A stretch of DNA of 64,000 nt, taken from contig JAUZTB010000062.1 of assembly GCA_034780895.1 (NCBI GenBank), positions 13,140,751 through 13,204,750 on the forward strand. The letters are read 5' to 3'. This document shows, in pieces, positions 23,560 to 37,190 of the stretch (its first letter is position 1; each line of letters starts with the position of its first letter). The notes under the pieces are model-generated. The model saw only the letters and a program-made list of their open reading frames with translations. It was not told the DNA's origin and ran no database searches. The position numbers were made by a program, and so were the translations under genes. The DNA is from Rhynchobatus australiae. Lineage: Eukaryota.

Positions 23560-24160
23560 AGAAGGTGGTCCGGACAAATAACCCAGAGACCAGAGTTCAA
23601 ATTCCACCACTGCAGCTCTGGCAGTGACACATCTGGTAATGCTGCTGCCTCATGGTGCCAGTGACCCAGATTTGATCCAAATCTCCGGTGGAATTTGCAT
23701 GTTCTCCCTGCGGCTGTCTGGGTTTCTCCCAGATGTTCCCCTTTTCTCCTGCATCCCAACGACATGCTGGTCGTGAATCACCCCTGGCGTAAGAGGGAAG
23801 TTGATCAGCGCGGGTGAATAGCTTGCAGCGAGTGGAAGAAAGTGATTAATGAGAGACTCCATGGGCCAAATGGCCTGTGTTCGTATGAAAAAAAAATCAG
23901 AGAAACATCAGCTCAGCCGAGTCAGCAAAAAGATACTGCTTACCTTGAAACTACCAGAACGCCATGTAAAAGGAAACCCTCAGGTTCACAGATACCCCTC
24001 AGGGAAGGGCATCTGCCATCCTCACCCAGCGTGACCTTCACCCCACTCCAAAGCTGCAGCAATGGATTTGATATCCAAAGGCTCCCTGAAATGGCCACTA
24101 GAGGGCAATCAGAAAGGGTGATAAATTCTGGCTTTGCCCACAACCCCATGGACAAGGACT
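23560..24160 (+). mobile_element. tRNA-headed SINE with CR1/L2-group tail, interrupted by an HE1-type V-SINE (about 23620-23890)
   Basis: gagttcaaattccaccactgcagc head; after the nested V-SINE, agggaagggcatctgccatcctcacc...gggcaatcagaaagggtgataaattctggctttgcc. Confidence 0.65.
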
Positions 24161-24479
24161 TCCATGGAAGATTAAAAAGAATGAATTGCCTATTCTTTCT
24201 GTGCACTGTGCAGCAAACTGTGCACGTGGATGGGTCAATAAACACTTGATCTGTGTCCCAGGAGCTGGGACCTTGCAGGATGTCCAGAGGACGCAAACTA
24301 TTCAATTCGCCACGAGATGGCACCAGAGTCTCATCCACAGAACACGGGCAGCAATCACAAGCAGAGAGCAGATTTCTTCAAAAAAAATATTAGCATGGAT
24401 CTCTCATCTCTTTGGAAGATGAATATTAGGGATACAAAGGGCAAATGGCTCTTTTATTGTTCATCTATGGGTATGGACC

Positions 24480-24730
24480 ATACTTATTGCCCATCTCTGG
24501 TTACTCTTGAATGAATGGCTTGTTGGCCCATTTCAGTAGGTCTGGAATCACATACAGACCACGGTCAAAGATGAGAGACTTCCCTCCCTGATGTACAACA
24601 GTAAACCAGAAGGGATTTTACAACAGTCACCATTACTGATACCAGATTTATTTCAGTTTCATTCATTATTTTTAATTCAGTCCCCTCAGCCAGCCGTGGA
24701 CATGGATGTACCAGCCCAGTAACGCAAGCA
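24480..24730 (-). mobile_element. same tRNA-headed SINE family, degenerate
   Basis: ttattgcccatctct...tctggaatcacatacagacc...gacttccctccctg...gtaaaccagaagggattttacaac. Confidence 0.6.
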
Positions 24731-24959
24731 TTATTCCTCCATCCCCTGTGCATGCTCAGTGCGACAAGACAACAGTGAAACCCTGCTTCCCAGAGCAGTG
24801 GAATTACCAACCTGCTGGTCGTGTCCCACAGTCTTGTTTTTAAACAACACATTACACAAACAAAGCACAACCTGATCCTGACTGTTACTGTAACTGCCTC
24901 CAAGCCATTTGGTCTCATCCTGAGAGAAAGCTTTGTTCGACCTATCCCACTCCACCTTC

Positions 24960-25085
24960 TCTGCTCCTGAAACCCAACTTTTCTTCCTTTCCCAGTCTGA
25001 AGGGTCTTGGACCTGACACATGAACTGCTTCTCTTCCTGCTGCCTGACCTGCTGAGTGTTTGCTGCGCTTCATGCTTTTATCTCT
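24960..25085 (+). mobile_element. Penelope-like repeat fragment
   Basis: cccagtctgaagggtcttggacctgacac...tgctgcctgacctgctgagtgtt. Confidence 0.55.
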
Positions 25086-25824
25086 GTGAAGACAGCAACA
25101 GATTCAGTGATTTTAGTCAAAGTTAGAAGCACACTGAATTTTGATTTGTGAACAGAGGAGGAAGGGGCAGAGAGGACAAGATGGAAGGTCTGTGGAAGGG
25201 TGGAGCCTTTCACAGAATGGAGTAAGTGAGCTCACTTTTAAAATTTATTCTCCTTCTGCTGATTTCAGATTTATCTTTCCCATTGACTTGGCTTGTCACT
25301 CCCAAGTTTATACCGATAGTGTCAATCAATCCCCCTCATCTCCTCCCTACCACGCACCTTTACAATGGTGCTGTCTACTTTCCCCCCGCCCCCCTCCCCT
25401 TTAGAAAAATAATATTCTTATTCCTTGGTCACAAAGTGATTGTATATCACATTAAATCCTTTTGTGAACAATTCCTACTGAATCTTTGAGTTACCCTTTA
25501 ACAATATTCCCTGCTTGCAGTGGCCATTCTGCATCTCTTCCCATTTTTGGCATTCGTCCCTTCATCAAGAATTCTGGTACCCTCATTTCCCTTTGAAGTA
25601 CTGCATTGATCTTGATCATATTTTGATTATCATTAACTAAATTTGGCTTTCAGGTATATTTAGCTCAGCACTCATCATAAAATCTACTATTGTTGCTCCA
25701 TTGGTGGTTGCAATGTACTGTCACAGTTTAATTACCAAAAAATTACTCAGGCTAATCCCATCTTCCGGTACTTGTCTGCAGTCTTGATGGTCTTGCAATT
25801 CAATATTTTTCAGAAATGAGATAA

Positions 25825-25896
25825 TCTGTTTATTGTAATTTAGAAGTTAAAAGTCCCCATTCTGTTTATTGTAATTTAGAAGTTAAAAGTCCCCAT
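25825..25896 (+). repeat. perfect 36-bp tandem duplication
   Basis: tctgtttattgtaatttagaagttaaaagtccccat x2. Confidence 0.97.
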
Positions 25897-26185
25897 TGGG
25901 TACAAACTCAACTACATCTATATGTTCTGCTACTTCACATCCACTGCCAGGGGGCCTCACACAATATTCAGAATTCCTTTTCCATTTCTTAACTCTCTCA
26001 ATAGCATTTCCTAGCCGGCTTCTCTCTCATCTCTCTCCTATTGTTGAGGTAATTTCATTCTGACTTAGAAGAATTGCTTTTCTCCNNNNNNNNNNNNNNN
26101 NNNNNNNNNNNNNNNNNNNNNNNNNNNNNNNNNNNNNNNNNNNNNNNNNNNNNNNNNNNNNNNNNNNNNNNNNNNNNNNNNNNNN

Positions 26186-26280
26186 GTTTCCGTCTCCACT
26201 GCTGCAGGCCGACTTGCCGAGCATTTCCAGGATTTTCCATCTTCAAGTCACATTTACAGCATCTGCAGTATTTTGCTTAC
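26186..26280 (+). mobile_element. Penelope-like repeat 3' part (5' in gap)
   Basis: gacttgccgagcatttccaggattttc...agcatctgcagtattttgctt. Confidence 0.55.
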
Positions 26281-28849
26281 AGGCCTGAAAATCCAAGTTG
26301 CATTTCCAATGGCCTGTCAGCAGTTGAACACTGAATCGATGCACATGGTCTTGCACTTAAGGAAAATAGTCATTGGTCAACAGACCAGTGAAACCCAGTA
26401 TTAAACTCAAGATGCAGATGGTGAGGAGAGCGGGTGGAGAGTGTTACTCTCTCATGTGATAAAAAGATTACTAATGTGTTCCTCAAAAAAGAGCATTTAT
26501 AATACAGTAGTCTAAACAGAGACCAACACACATTTTGTGTTCTCAGTAACAGGCCTGCACCCTACAAGTAAATTTCTGGTGTTCCATTGACCTGAAGCAG
26601 AATAAGTTCTTTATATAAAAAAAATGTGGCTTTAAGTGCAATGTTATTTGAGCAAAGGAATCAGCTACAACTGTCATTTTCTAGACACCTCTCATCATCT
26701 GAACTTTTGATTACTTAGAAATCCACCCACAGCTCAGACCTTGTTGCCAGCAAGATGTCACATCTCCAATATTACAGAATACAGATTAATACTTTGCAGG
26801 AAGTGTGCATTCTTCCTACATGTTTGTGGAATTTTACTGATGTAATATTAATAATTGCTCTCGGGACAGAAACAATGATAAAATGACCACCATAATTTGA
26901 ATGGACATTTCTATATATGCAAGTCTCCCACATTAATCCAAGTCTGAAACACTGACTTCTTGTGACTAAAATGCAAAAAGGCAAAGTTCAGGCAAGATAA
27001 GATTCTGGATTTGTTTAATCGATCATTGCAGGTTTACAATGTAAACCTCCAATGTGCCTTTACAGTTCCAATGACAGGAACGGATGTTCAGACTGATCAA
27101 TAGCTTCACTATGCTTTGCAAAGCGACATTCACCAGTCCGAACAGGGAATTTCCGATAGTCTAATCGACAGGAAGTCCAAGCATTGTACAATTTCAGAGC
27201 ACAGAAAGACGCTGGAATTCTTGAAAGATCTCTCGTAGTATGCAAGTGAGAGATGTGCAATTACCTTCAAAACTGAAAGTAACCAAGGCCAGGTAAACTC
27301 TGTGCCATTGCACTATTCATATCGAGGGACATCACAACTTATCTTTGAGGCCCATGCTAGCAACTTGAATCTAACAGATGCACTGCCTAATTATGTGAGC
27401 AAGGATCTATAATGAACATGGATTTGAATTCATTTCTTTTAATAGTGTATAAACCCAAACTGTTCACCAGCGTTCTTACCCAGTCTGGCCTTTACGTGAC
27501 TCCAGTCCAAACTTAATAGAAAAGGCAACTTACTGCCATTAGAACAGGCCAAGCAAACAACTCAATTCTACTAAAACCATTAAAACAAACACACACCATC
27601 TCAGGAGCACAAGAGAACAGCCCTTCAATTCTTTACACCAAAAGATGGCCAATAATTATTGGCCAATGCCCAAATATGCAATAATAAAAACTTAATTCAT
27701 GGGTGACAAAGGATCCAGTAGAATATATTGCAGCAGTGAAAGGGCTGCCTCTGATTTCACACAGTTACATGCCCATATGCAAAACTACCTTCCACTAAAC
27801 GCAGGCCACCTCTTCAATTCTTTGCATTTTATTTCCCTGGGTTTCAGTCCAATCTCTGCCACTGCTGTACAAGGTTTGCAAACTGATGCTCCGTCACACT
27901 GCAGGGAGGGCAGAGATGGGTCCCAGTTTGATGGATTTATATCAGTGAAGTTGCTTCAAGGAGACAGAAATCAGCTCAATTCAAAGCCAGGGCCTGAGAA
28001 CGAGTTAAGGAATCGAATTTTGGCAGGAAGCAAAAGCACACACAAGTAGGAGATTGCATGAAGTAACATCCTCATTTGTTCTTTATTCCAGCCTCAAACA
28101 ACGAGTTGCAGAATGATACCAGACGTAGTGATGCTGATTATGAAGACAACATGGAAGCCTTAAATTTTCTAATCATTTAACTAAGGACCGAAAGAAAATC
28201 CAACCACATTATTAACAGCTGTCCTGTTGCAGGAAATGATGTGAACAGGAGCACATTCCAGACCACTCCACCATTTGGTTGGTGAATCTACATCTTTACT
28301 CCATTAACCCACAAATCTCTCGCCAAATAAAAAATCCAAACTTCAGTGTCTAAATTTGCAGCTGATCCAGAGCTCATGAACAGTGAACTCTGCGCCTCTG
28401 ACTCAGTGTTGGAGATGGACCTTGCCTGCCCAGCTTCTGACACAGAGCCTCAACGTAGGAAAGGAGCAAACACATCTTCGGAACATTCGCAGTCTGTCCC
28501 CACCCCACCACTGCCACTTTCCTTTTCTCCAAGTTACACTGCTCCAATATGGCCAGTGGTTTTCAAACAACATAGTTCCAGATATCAAGTGGATTAAGTG
28601 GTGTGGTTACTAGTCACCACATCTTGTCTGCAAAAGTTACTCCTCACACTCCATCAAAGCAGCTCAATCACCATCGTCCAATGATCAGGACTCTGGCATT
28701 GGTCGCTGGAACAACTGTGTCTACGTCAATCTTCCAAACAGCTTGGGAAAAAAAAACAATGCCCAAGAGAAGTCATTCTAGAAGTGTATAAACATTAGAC
28801 AGACCACAGCAGGACACTGCACGTCATTCTTGTCACCACATGGGATAAT

Positions 28850-29610
28850 ACATGTGGTGAGAGTGGAGAAGGAAGTTGCCGGGACTGGAGAACTATAGTT
28901 TATGGGGAGATGCTGCAAAAGCTGGGTTATTTACCTTGGAACAGAAAAGGCCAAGAGGAGATTGAATTGTGGTTTACCAACCTATAAGGGACCTGGATAT
29001 GGTGACGTTCAGATCAGACTTATTTAATTAGCAGAAAAGACCAATAACTGGTGGACATAGGTGAAGATCATTGATCAAAGGGTTTGAGAGAAGTTGAAAG
29101 AAACACTTTCAAAAGGGATTCCCAGAGAGGGGGAACTCACTGAAAGAGATGGAAATCTTCATCACATTTTAAATATGCTGAGATGAGCACCTGATGCACT
29201 GTAGCTTACAAGGAAATAGACCAAAAGCATTGTTAACCTGGCAGTGCTAACCTGGGACAGATGTCCTCCTCCTGTTACTTCAGGTGATGCAATCAGACAA
29301 AGCAATGAATTGTGTAAACAAATGGGAGAAGCAGAGCAAGAGATTTAGAGAGGATTCCAGGAAGACTTCTCTCACTACAGGGTGATTGAAATCTGGAACA
29401 TGCTGCCTGAGATGGTGCTGGGGGCAAGTACTCTCAACATTTAAGTCACAGCTGGTTATAGTTTTACGCCAGAGTCATATGAACACTTGAATTGCCAAAG
29501 CATAGTACCCCATGGACCAAATGCCGACAAATGGGATTGGTCCAGATGGATAATTGGTGGTTGCATAGACATGGTGAGCAGAAGGGCCCATTTCTGTGCT
29601 GCGTGACTGT
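28850..29610 (+). mobile_element. two adjacent decayed CR1 3' fragments
   Basis: LGYLPWNRKGQEEIEL-like ORF2 end, then ttctctcactacagggtgattgaaatctggaacatgctgcctgag and tail gaagggcccatttctgtgctg. Confidence 0.7.
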
Positions 29611-30469
29611 GAGAAAACTGTAACCAGATTGCTATCGTGTATACAAAATTAAGTATCTGTAAGAGATGAGGGCTATGTAGGCTGGAGCAGGTCCTGCATT
29701 CCCTCTTCAAAATCCACCAAGTCCCTTTACGTCATAAATTTACAGGACTCCACCTCTGCAACCAGCTTCCAAGTTCAAAGAAGAAGCAGATCACCTTCTC
29801 CCCGACAACACTCAAAAGGACAGGGTCCAAGGCAGAAGGTAAAAAGTAGCAAACTGCACAAGTGAAAGATCTGGTGTACACGAATGTCAAAATGAATACA
29901 ACATCTCTCATTGGACTGAATTTGAACCAAGGAACATTATCCATGCTTTGAAACAAAGAAACTTTGATAAAACCTCCACCCATTTCACCACTGTGTCGAG
30001 ATATAAAGCAAATTTTAATTTGTTTAAGCTTTACAGAAAGGGACATTTTCAGGTGTGGACTTAATATCAAACAGCAAAACTCAATGAATACATCAACAGG
30101 CAGGGTAAGGGAGTGGGTTCACATGGCATCGTAGGGAGTGAGAGCAGAGGTCAGTAGATTAGCCGCATTTTGTGGAACCGGTGACGTCTTGTTACTGATG
30201 GACTGTTGTTTAGTACACAGTTTACAGCCCTTATCTCTCACAGGAGGAATTTACAACTTTTGGAGATTTGCACTGTAATCACATTGCAGGAACAATATAA
30301 ACGAGCACGTGATACTGGTCACACTGCAGGGTACAACATTCTTGACACCAGCAGCATATTAAAGTAAAAAAACACACACAGACACAAATTAGCATCTCAC
30401 CAAAAGCAAATTCCACCTCAGTGCCCATTCAGGATCAGTCTTTACTGTGAACCACTCTCTTTCTCCTGC

Positions 30470-30780
30470 ATTGGCCCCAAATTTTGATTCCTTTGTTATC
30501 TAAAAAAATCTATTGATTTCTATTTTGAATATACTCAGCCTCCACAACCTTCTTAGGTGGAAAATTCCAGAAGATTCATAACTCTTTGGGTGAAGAAATT
30601 TTTCTTCACATCTGTGTCCTGAATGGGTGAACCCTGATTTTGAAGTTGTCATCCTTTGTTCTAGACACCCCAGCCAGGGGAAACAACATCCTTGAATCCA
30701 TCTACTCAAACCCCGTGAGAACTGTGCTTCACTGTGGTCACATCTCATTCTTCTCAGCACAACAGAGAACAGATCCAGTT
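30470..30780 (-). mobile_element. CR1 LINE 3' fragment
   Basis: gaaaattccagaagattcataactctttgggtgaagaaattt; minus ORF ends SIFKIEINRFF. Confidence 0.75.
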
Positions 30781-31719
30781 TGGTTAACCTGAAACTCGAT
30801 GAATAGATGCCCTTTGAGCTTCATTGGTCAATGGACCTTAAACCAGAAAGCATAAATGCTACCGATGTCAGCAGTGGAATTCTACATAGTTGCGAAATAT
30901 CTTCTGCACCTGCCCACCTGGAAGAGCAAATACAAACTTGAACCTCGCATCCTTTGTCTACTGTGTTATAAAATAGAACTGGCACAAATCAAAGGGCAGC
31001 AATGGTGAAAAGTCCTGTGTTGTAGCTACAGAATGATTGCAGTTATTAAAAACACATTTGGATCTACAAAGAAAGATCAAGAAATATCCACTTTAAATGC
31101 TTTGCAACTGTTACCACAAGTCCACAAATTTATATTCCAAATGCAACTACCATTAAGAAACAAATTCCAGCTTAGAATACAACCGAAATGGCCCTACTTC
31201 TGAAAATAAATCACCCTTTAAAAGCTAGAAAGAAATTGAAATTCTGGAATTCAGCAATAAAGATCATTCAAAGTTTCGTCCATTCCAAAGTAAAGGGGAT
31301 GGTANNNNNNNNNNNNNNNNNNNNNNNNNNNNNNNNNNNNNNNNNNNNNNNNNNNNNNNNNNNNNNNNNNNNNNNNNNNNNNNNNNNNNNNNNNNNNNNN
31401 NNNNGGTAACTGAAAAATTCATAAATAATCAATTTTTAGTCTAATTAATATTCCTGCTTTATAAGCAAACACTCGATCTATATTGTTTCAGATCAAACAA
31501 ATTCTGAGCCTCAGTGCGTGTTGTGGAACAAGTGCTTTGAAATCCATATCCACCTACTCTGGAGTAGGGCACACGGTCTGAAAGCCATTGTTTCCATTCA
31601 GTGAGAGAGTGGGCAGGGGTAGTCCCTCCACCTTTGAATACATGTAACCTTGATGCTTAAAAAAAAAGGGTTTCACCTCGAGTGAAGCTGCGAATCACCT
31701 TTATTCAGTTCTAATGAAA

Positions 31720-32050
31720 CACAGTCGTGCAGCCTTGCAGCTCTGGCAGCCTGGGTTCAATCCTGACCAAGGGTATTTTCTATGTGGAGTTTGCATGTTC
31801 CACGTGCAACAGCGTGGGCTTCCTCTGGATCTCCTGGTTTCCTCCCATGTTCTAAAGGAATGTTAATTGATAGGTTAATTGGTATTTACAAATTGCCCCC
31901 AGTGTAGTTGTGTAGCTGGAGAATAGAGGTCGGGAGGTGCAGGAGTTGATAGGGATGCCAGGGGGACAAAGGGCGATTGATGTAAATGGATGCGTGATGG
32001 TTGGTGCAGATGCAGTGGGTCAAAGGGCCTAACTGTATAACATACTCCAA
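31720..32050 (+). mobile_element. HE1-type V-SINE (older subfamily)
   Basis: ctgggttcaatcctgacc...gtggagtttgcatgttc...ggtttcctccca...gggtcaaagggcct. Confidence 0.8.
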
Positions 32051-34974
32051 AATAATTGTGTTCGATGCGGCAGACTACCACTGATGTTTAAAAGAATAGT
32101 GACCAGCTCGATTCAAATTTGTTAAGTTAGCCTTATTCATGAAAGAGGTGGCATCTTCTATTCTGGCTTTTGTACAGGAGGTGATTCCATGGTGCAATTG
32201 TGTGTCAAACATACGTTTTAAAACATAGATAGAAGCTGTTTGGTTGGGTTAAAGGTTTAAGTGTATTTTCCAGTGCTCCACACAATGGTCTTTGGGTTTA
32301 GTGCCACAGGAAGGAAGGTCGAGAGCCTGAACAATTAGAACCTACTTACTCCCATGCAAAATAAACACATACTCATAACTATCAGGAAACTACTTCAAGC
32401 CTTATTTATTGCCCTGCCACCTTATACAGATTCCAACAGTGCTACAACAGGACAAAGGGAGAAATATATAACATTCAGTCGACAACTATAGAAATGCACC
32501 TGACTAAATGGTATCAGCTTAAGTGTGGGGGAAAAAATATAAACCTGTGACCCGAGACACATTTGCAGCAAAGCATGGCTTTCACCATGTTATCATCAAT
32601 CAAACGTTCTTGTGGGAAGTGGCTAATTATGGGACACAGATCCTGCAACACACCAGGGAAATCCATTGCCGAGAAATAATTTCACCTCGCACGTCACTCC
32701 CTCAGGAATCTCAACCCTGGGCAGTGCGCTGAAATCCCAGTGGGGTTCTGCCAGGCGATTCTGCTTGGCAATCTTCTGATTACAGTATCGCAAGGAAAAC
32801 AAGGCCCTTGTTCTCAGAACAGAGACATAAGGTCAGTGCCACGGAGCAGTCTGTCCAAAGTACGAGGAAATGTGCCACCTCTCAACTGCAGCACATCTCA
32901 AAGTATTTTGACATTGGTGTAAAAGGTCAGAAAAGCAGCTGCCAATTAGGGCACAGCAAGCTCCCACAAAACGGTAAGGCAACAACTGGGCAACGTGTGT
33001 TAAAAGTGACAGTGTTAAAGTCATGGAAGGAGAAATATTGACCAAGGTTCAGGTTGGAACCACCCTCTTCAGAATAACGTCATGGAATCATCTACCTTAC
33101 CCATCGCTACACCCACTGAACAAAAGCAGATGGGCCACAACTTGTCTCTTCCAAAAGATGCCACAAGGCACAAAGTGGAAGGGACGACTGGGCAGGGAAA
33201 GATTTGAAACAGAAAGAGAAAAAAAATCTGCAGCTCTGTGTCAGCCAAAGTAAATTTACTGTTAATCATCAAGAAGTCTGGAGCCCAAAACTTAAGAGCA
33301 GCCAGCAGTAAGTGTTTTATTAGTACATTTTATTTGGAAGTCCAGTGGGACTGGAAGCACACTGGCCTAAGGCTCATAATACTGGGCCACCTGGCTTGAG
33401 AGATAGGAACCTTTAAACACACAATCCTGAAACAAAGCAGCCTTTGTCTTTCAGATCCTGTTTGGGGATGGGACACAGAGCTTAGGAAGAAAGCAAAAGA
33501 GTGAAAGAGACAAAAAACAAAATTGATTTGCAGAGTAGAGAACTCAGCTGAAACAGACAGGTTGGGTAGGTCATTGCACAGAGTGTGCTTTCACCCATTT
33601 ACAGAGAGCAGACAGCTCATTCTTCATGTAATTGAATCCCGGGCAAACACCAGCACAAATAGACAAATTTGGTCTGAGGAAAGGAGACGCCTTCTCCTCT
33701 TATCAGAGGAAGAATTTGTGGAAAAACAAAAATATTTACATGTTTTCCCCTTCTTACCAGAACTCTTACATTGTTGGTCACACACATTTCACTGTCAAAC
33801 TTGCTTCACTCTCCTGGTTAATGCTGATTGAGTGATGTCACAGCAGCCAGCAAGAGGCAGTTCAAGTTTCAGAAACCAAACGATTAGGGTTTCAATAAAA
33901 GTTGGTTAATTACAAGTCTGCAAATAACAATTTACAGCAGAAGTTATGTCAGACTCATTTCATTAGGAAATCATTGAACACCCCTGCACAGATACATGTG
34001 TGGAAGGNNNNNNNTTTTCTTTCCTTGTCGTCTCAAGTCAGTTCCTTACTTTCAGATATCCAGTCACAGGTTATTTTGTAACTGAGCCTGCAGGTACAAA
34101 ATTTCAGCAGCTTAAAAAATGTGTGCTGTCACCGTAATGAACCCTCTCAAGATCCTTTGTCATTACCCACCCTTGCCTGTTGACACGTTATTTACCTACA
34201 GCATCCAGCCAGCGTAAATTGGAATTAAAAGATATCAAAAACAGCCTTGTGCAAATGGTTACAGCGGCCAGTAAGAAGCACTGCTGGCTTTCCGAAAACA
34301 AAGCAGCAGCACTCGTTCGTGGTTTGACTGACCAGAGGTTTGCAGGAGAGAGTTTCAAGCTGTGCTGTAACGTGATTTCAACCAAATTTCGGACTTGAGG
34401 GACTGCCTCTCTAGATTCCCATTCACTTGTCAAAGGTTTTCACTAGAAATGGTGTGTACATTGGACAAAGACAAGGTTGACCTGACAATTACAACCTGTC
34501 ACGTGTCATGACAGAAGAGTGGTCACTGGAGGACGATGGTGCAATGCCAGTGGCAGCCTGAGCTCCACGGAGATGGGACCACACGTTCAGGGGAGACGGG
34601 GAAATCAAAAGCCTCATGGAGTCACTCAGAGAAAACAGTAACACATTCCCCATCTGGCTGGAAGTCAGCAAATTCAAGGTCATGTTCTCATCTTTGGTAA
34701 AGATGGTCTAATTGGAGCAGCGCTGAAGGTTGTCACCACAGTTGGCTGGTCAGTAAACAGAACATGCTGGATTGGGACAAAACATCTCACTGCATTCCCC
34801 TGCTCTTCCCCCAACCACAACCCCGCCTCTTCTACTAGAGAACTTTGGAAGGCCAGGAGCTGTCAGGAGTGGAATTATTCATTTTGATAGTGTTATCAAA
34901 TAAAAAGCCACCGGAGGAACTGAAGAAAATAACCCGAAGAGACAATGAAAGGATGGACAATTAATACAGATTCA

Positions 34975-35350
34975 AGACATAGAACAGTACAGTATAGGAA
35001 CAGGCCCTTTGGCCCACGATGTTATGCCGAACTAATCAAACATCCAACTAAACTCATCCCTTCTGCCGACACAAGGTCCATATCCCTCCATTCTCTACAC
35101 AATCACGTGCCTACTTAAGAGTCTCTTAAACACCTCCATTGTATTTGCCTCGACTACCACCCCTGGCACTGGATTCCAGGTATCCACCACTGTTAAAAAA
35201 AAATCCCCACACATCTCCTTTGATCTTACCCCCTCACCTTAAATGTATGACACCTAGTATTAGTAATGTCGACCCAAGGAAAAACATACTGGCTGTCTAT
35301 CCTATTTCTGCCTCTTATAATCTTAACCTGTATTAGATCTCCCCTCAATC
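34975..35350 (-). mobile_element. CR1/HER1 LINE 3' end
   Basis: Tail catagaacagtacagtataggaacaggccctttggccc; minus ORF LRGDLIQVKIIRGRNRIDSQYVFP..NTRCHTFKVRG. Confidence 0.9.
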
Positions 35351-36217
35351 TGAGGGATTGCTTTGCCAATGTCTGCACATTACATTTGTTCTGACTCTTG
35401 TTGACTGTAAACATTGCATTTAAGAACTTAGTTACAAAAGCATATTTATTTGCTATTTGAGAAGCCTTTCAGCAACCCTTTCACAAGTATGGAAATGAGA
35501 ACCAGTCTACTGACACTACAACAGATAAAAGGAGGTCACAAATCACAGATATGTGACCTGTGCAAACAGGGATCCCTTTGCAGTGGCTTCATCACATTGA
35601 CTTCAGAAGCTCACTGAGATGGCAAAAGGAAGTGGGTTAGGAAGATGGGTTGAGCTTTTTTGATGAACGGATCATCGCCCAGACAAAAGAATGTTTATTA
35701 TCAGAAAAAAAATGCACAGAATTTGTGTCACTACACTTTCCTGGTCCTTCCAATAAGGTAATGATTACAAATTAATGATTAGTCCAACACCTAACAAAGT
35801 AAAACAATGTAATTGTATGCTTTACTACTAGTCCAGCAAGTCCACCCAGTTACTCAAAGTTTCCAGTGACAAAGAAACCTCTGATTCAGTTTTCAGGCCA
35901 GATTAAATGACTAGTAATAGCTAGCACTGTTACAAGTGTCCTGCAAACCAGATGTTTAATCAAAACCCAGTGGCTTCTGCTCAAAGGGAATGTTTACAGT
36001 GCTTATAGGGGACCAGATTGTGGACCGAATCTCTCTGGTCAAACTTTCTAACAGGGTTGATCACCAATGCCCATGTGAATCAAGGTTATCACATGGGATA
36101 TCAAAGAGCAACCACCACTGATGAAAGTGCAGCAGAGTCAACAAATTCCCTTGAAATTCATCAATACATCACAGCACGGAGCACGGAATGCAAAATATAG
36201 CATGAGTGAGTTGCATC

Positions 36218-36465
36218 TTTTTTTTAATTTTATTTACAGCGTGGTAACAGGTCCTTCCGGCCCAATGAATCCACGCCGCCCATTTTGAACCCCAAATTAA
36301 CCTACCCGTACGTCTTTGGAACGTGGGAGGAAACTGGACCACCCGGAGGAAACCCACACAGACACGGGAGAACAAATAAACTCCTTACAGGCAGCAGTGG
36401 GAATCAAACCCGGGTCACTGGCGCTGTAATAGCTTTGTGCTAACCACTACGCTACCGTGCCACCC
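36218..36465 (-). mobile_element. young V-SINE, CR1/HER1-tail subfamily
   Basis: Same head and V domain as other young copies, but tail rc tttatttacagcgtggtaacaggtccttccggccc. Confidence 0.9.
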
Positions 36466-36644
36466 TGAAATTCAATCCCACTGAAGTTATTGGAACAGAA
36501 TTTCAAAAGTGGAGCTCATCACACAAATGCTAAACTGTGTGTTTAGTGTGGCTGAGTTGAGGATGAATTTCCTGACCAGTTCATGAAGGGAGAAGAAGAG
36601 ATTTTGAATGGTAGGAACCAGAGTATTTCTTGTTGTTCAGACTT

Positions 36645-37190
36645 GAGTCAGAGTCATAGCACAGCACAGAAACAGGTCCTTTGTCCCACCATGTCCATGC
36701 TGACCTTGATGCCCATCTGCACTAATCCTCTCTGAGACACCTCCTCTGCCTTACAATTTTAAGTGCCTCTCTAAATGTCTCTTAAACGTCCAATTGTATC
36801 CAACTCTATCACCTCTGTTTGCAGTGAGTTCTAGATATCAGCCATCTTTGTCATAGACCCTACCCCTCAAATCCCTTTAAAACATCTTCCTCTCATCTTA
36901 AACTTCTGCCCTTTTGTTTCCCACTATGGGAAAAAGGTTGAGACCATTGACGCTGTCCATGCCTCTCATAAAATGTCAGACACCTCCATCAGCTTACCCC
37001 CTTTGCCTCCCAAGCTCCAGGGAAAACAAGTACTGTCTATCTAAACTCTCCCCATAACCTATCCAGGCAATTTCCTGGAGAATCTCCTCTGCACTCTCCA
37101 GCACAGCCACATTTTTCCTTTAGCGTTGCAACGGAACGGCACAAAATATTCCAAGTACAGTCCAATGAGTGTTTTGTAAAGTTGCAATAT
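36645..37190 (-). mobile_element. CR1/HER1 LINE 3' end
   Basis: Tail gagtcatagcacagcacagaaacagg; internal cacaaaatattccaagtacagtcc (decayed RPHLEYCV). Confidence 0.85.
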
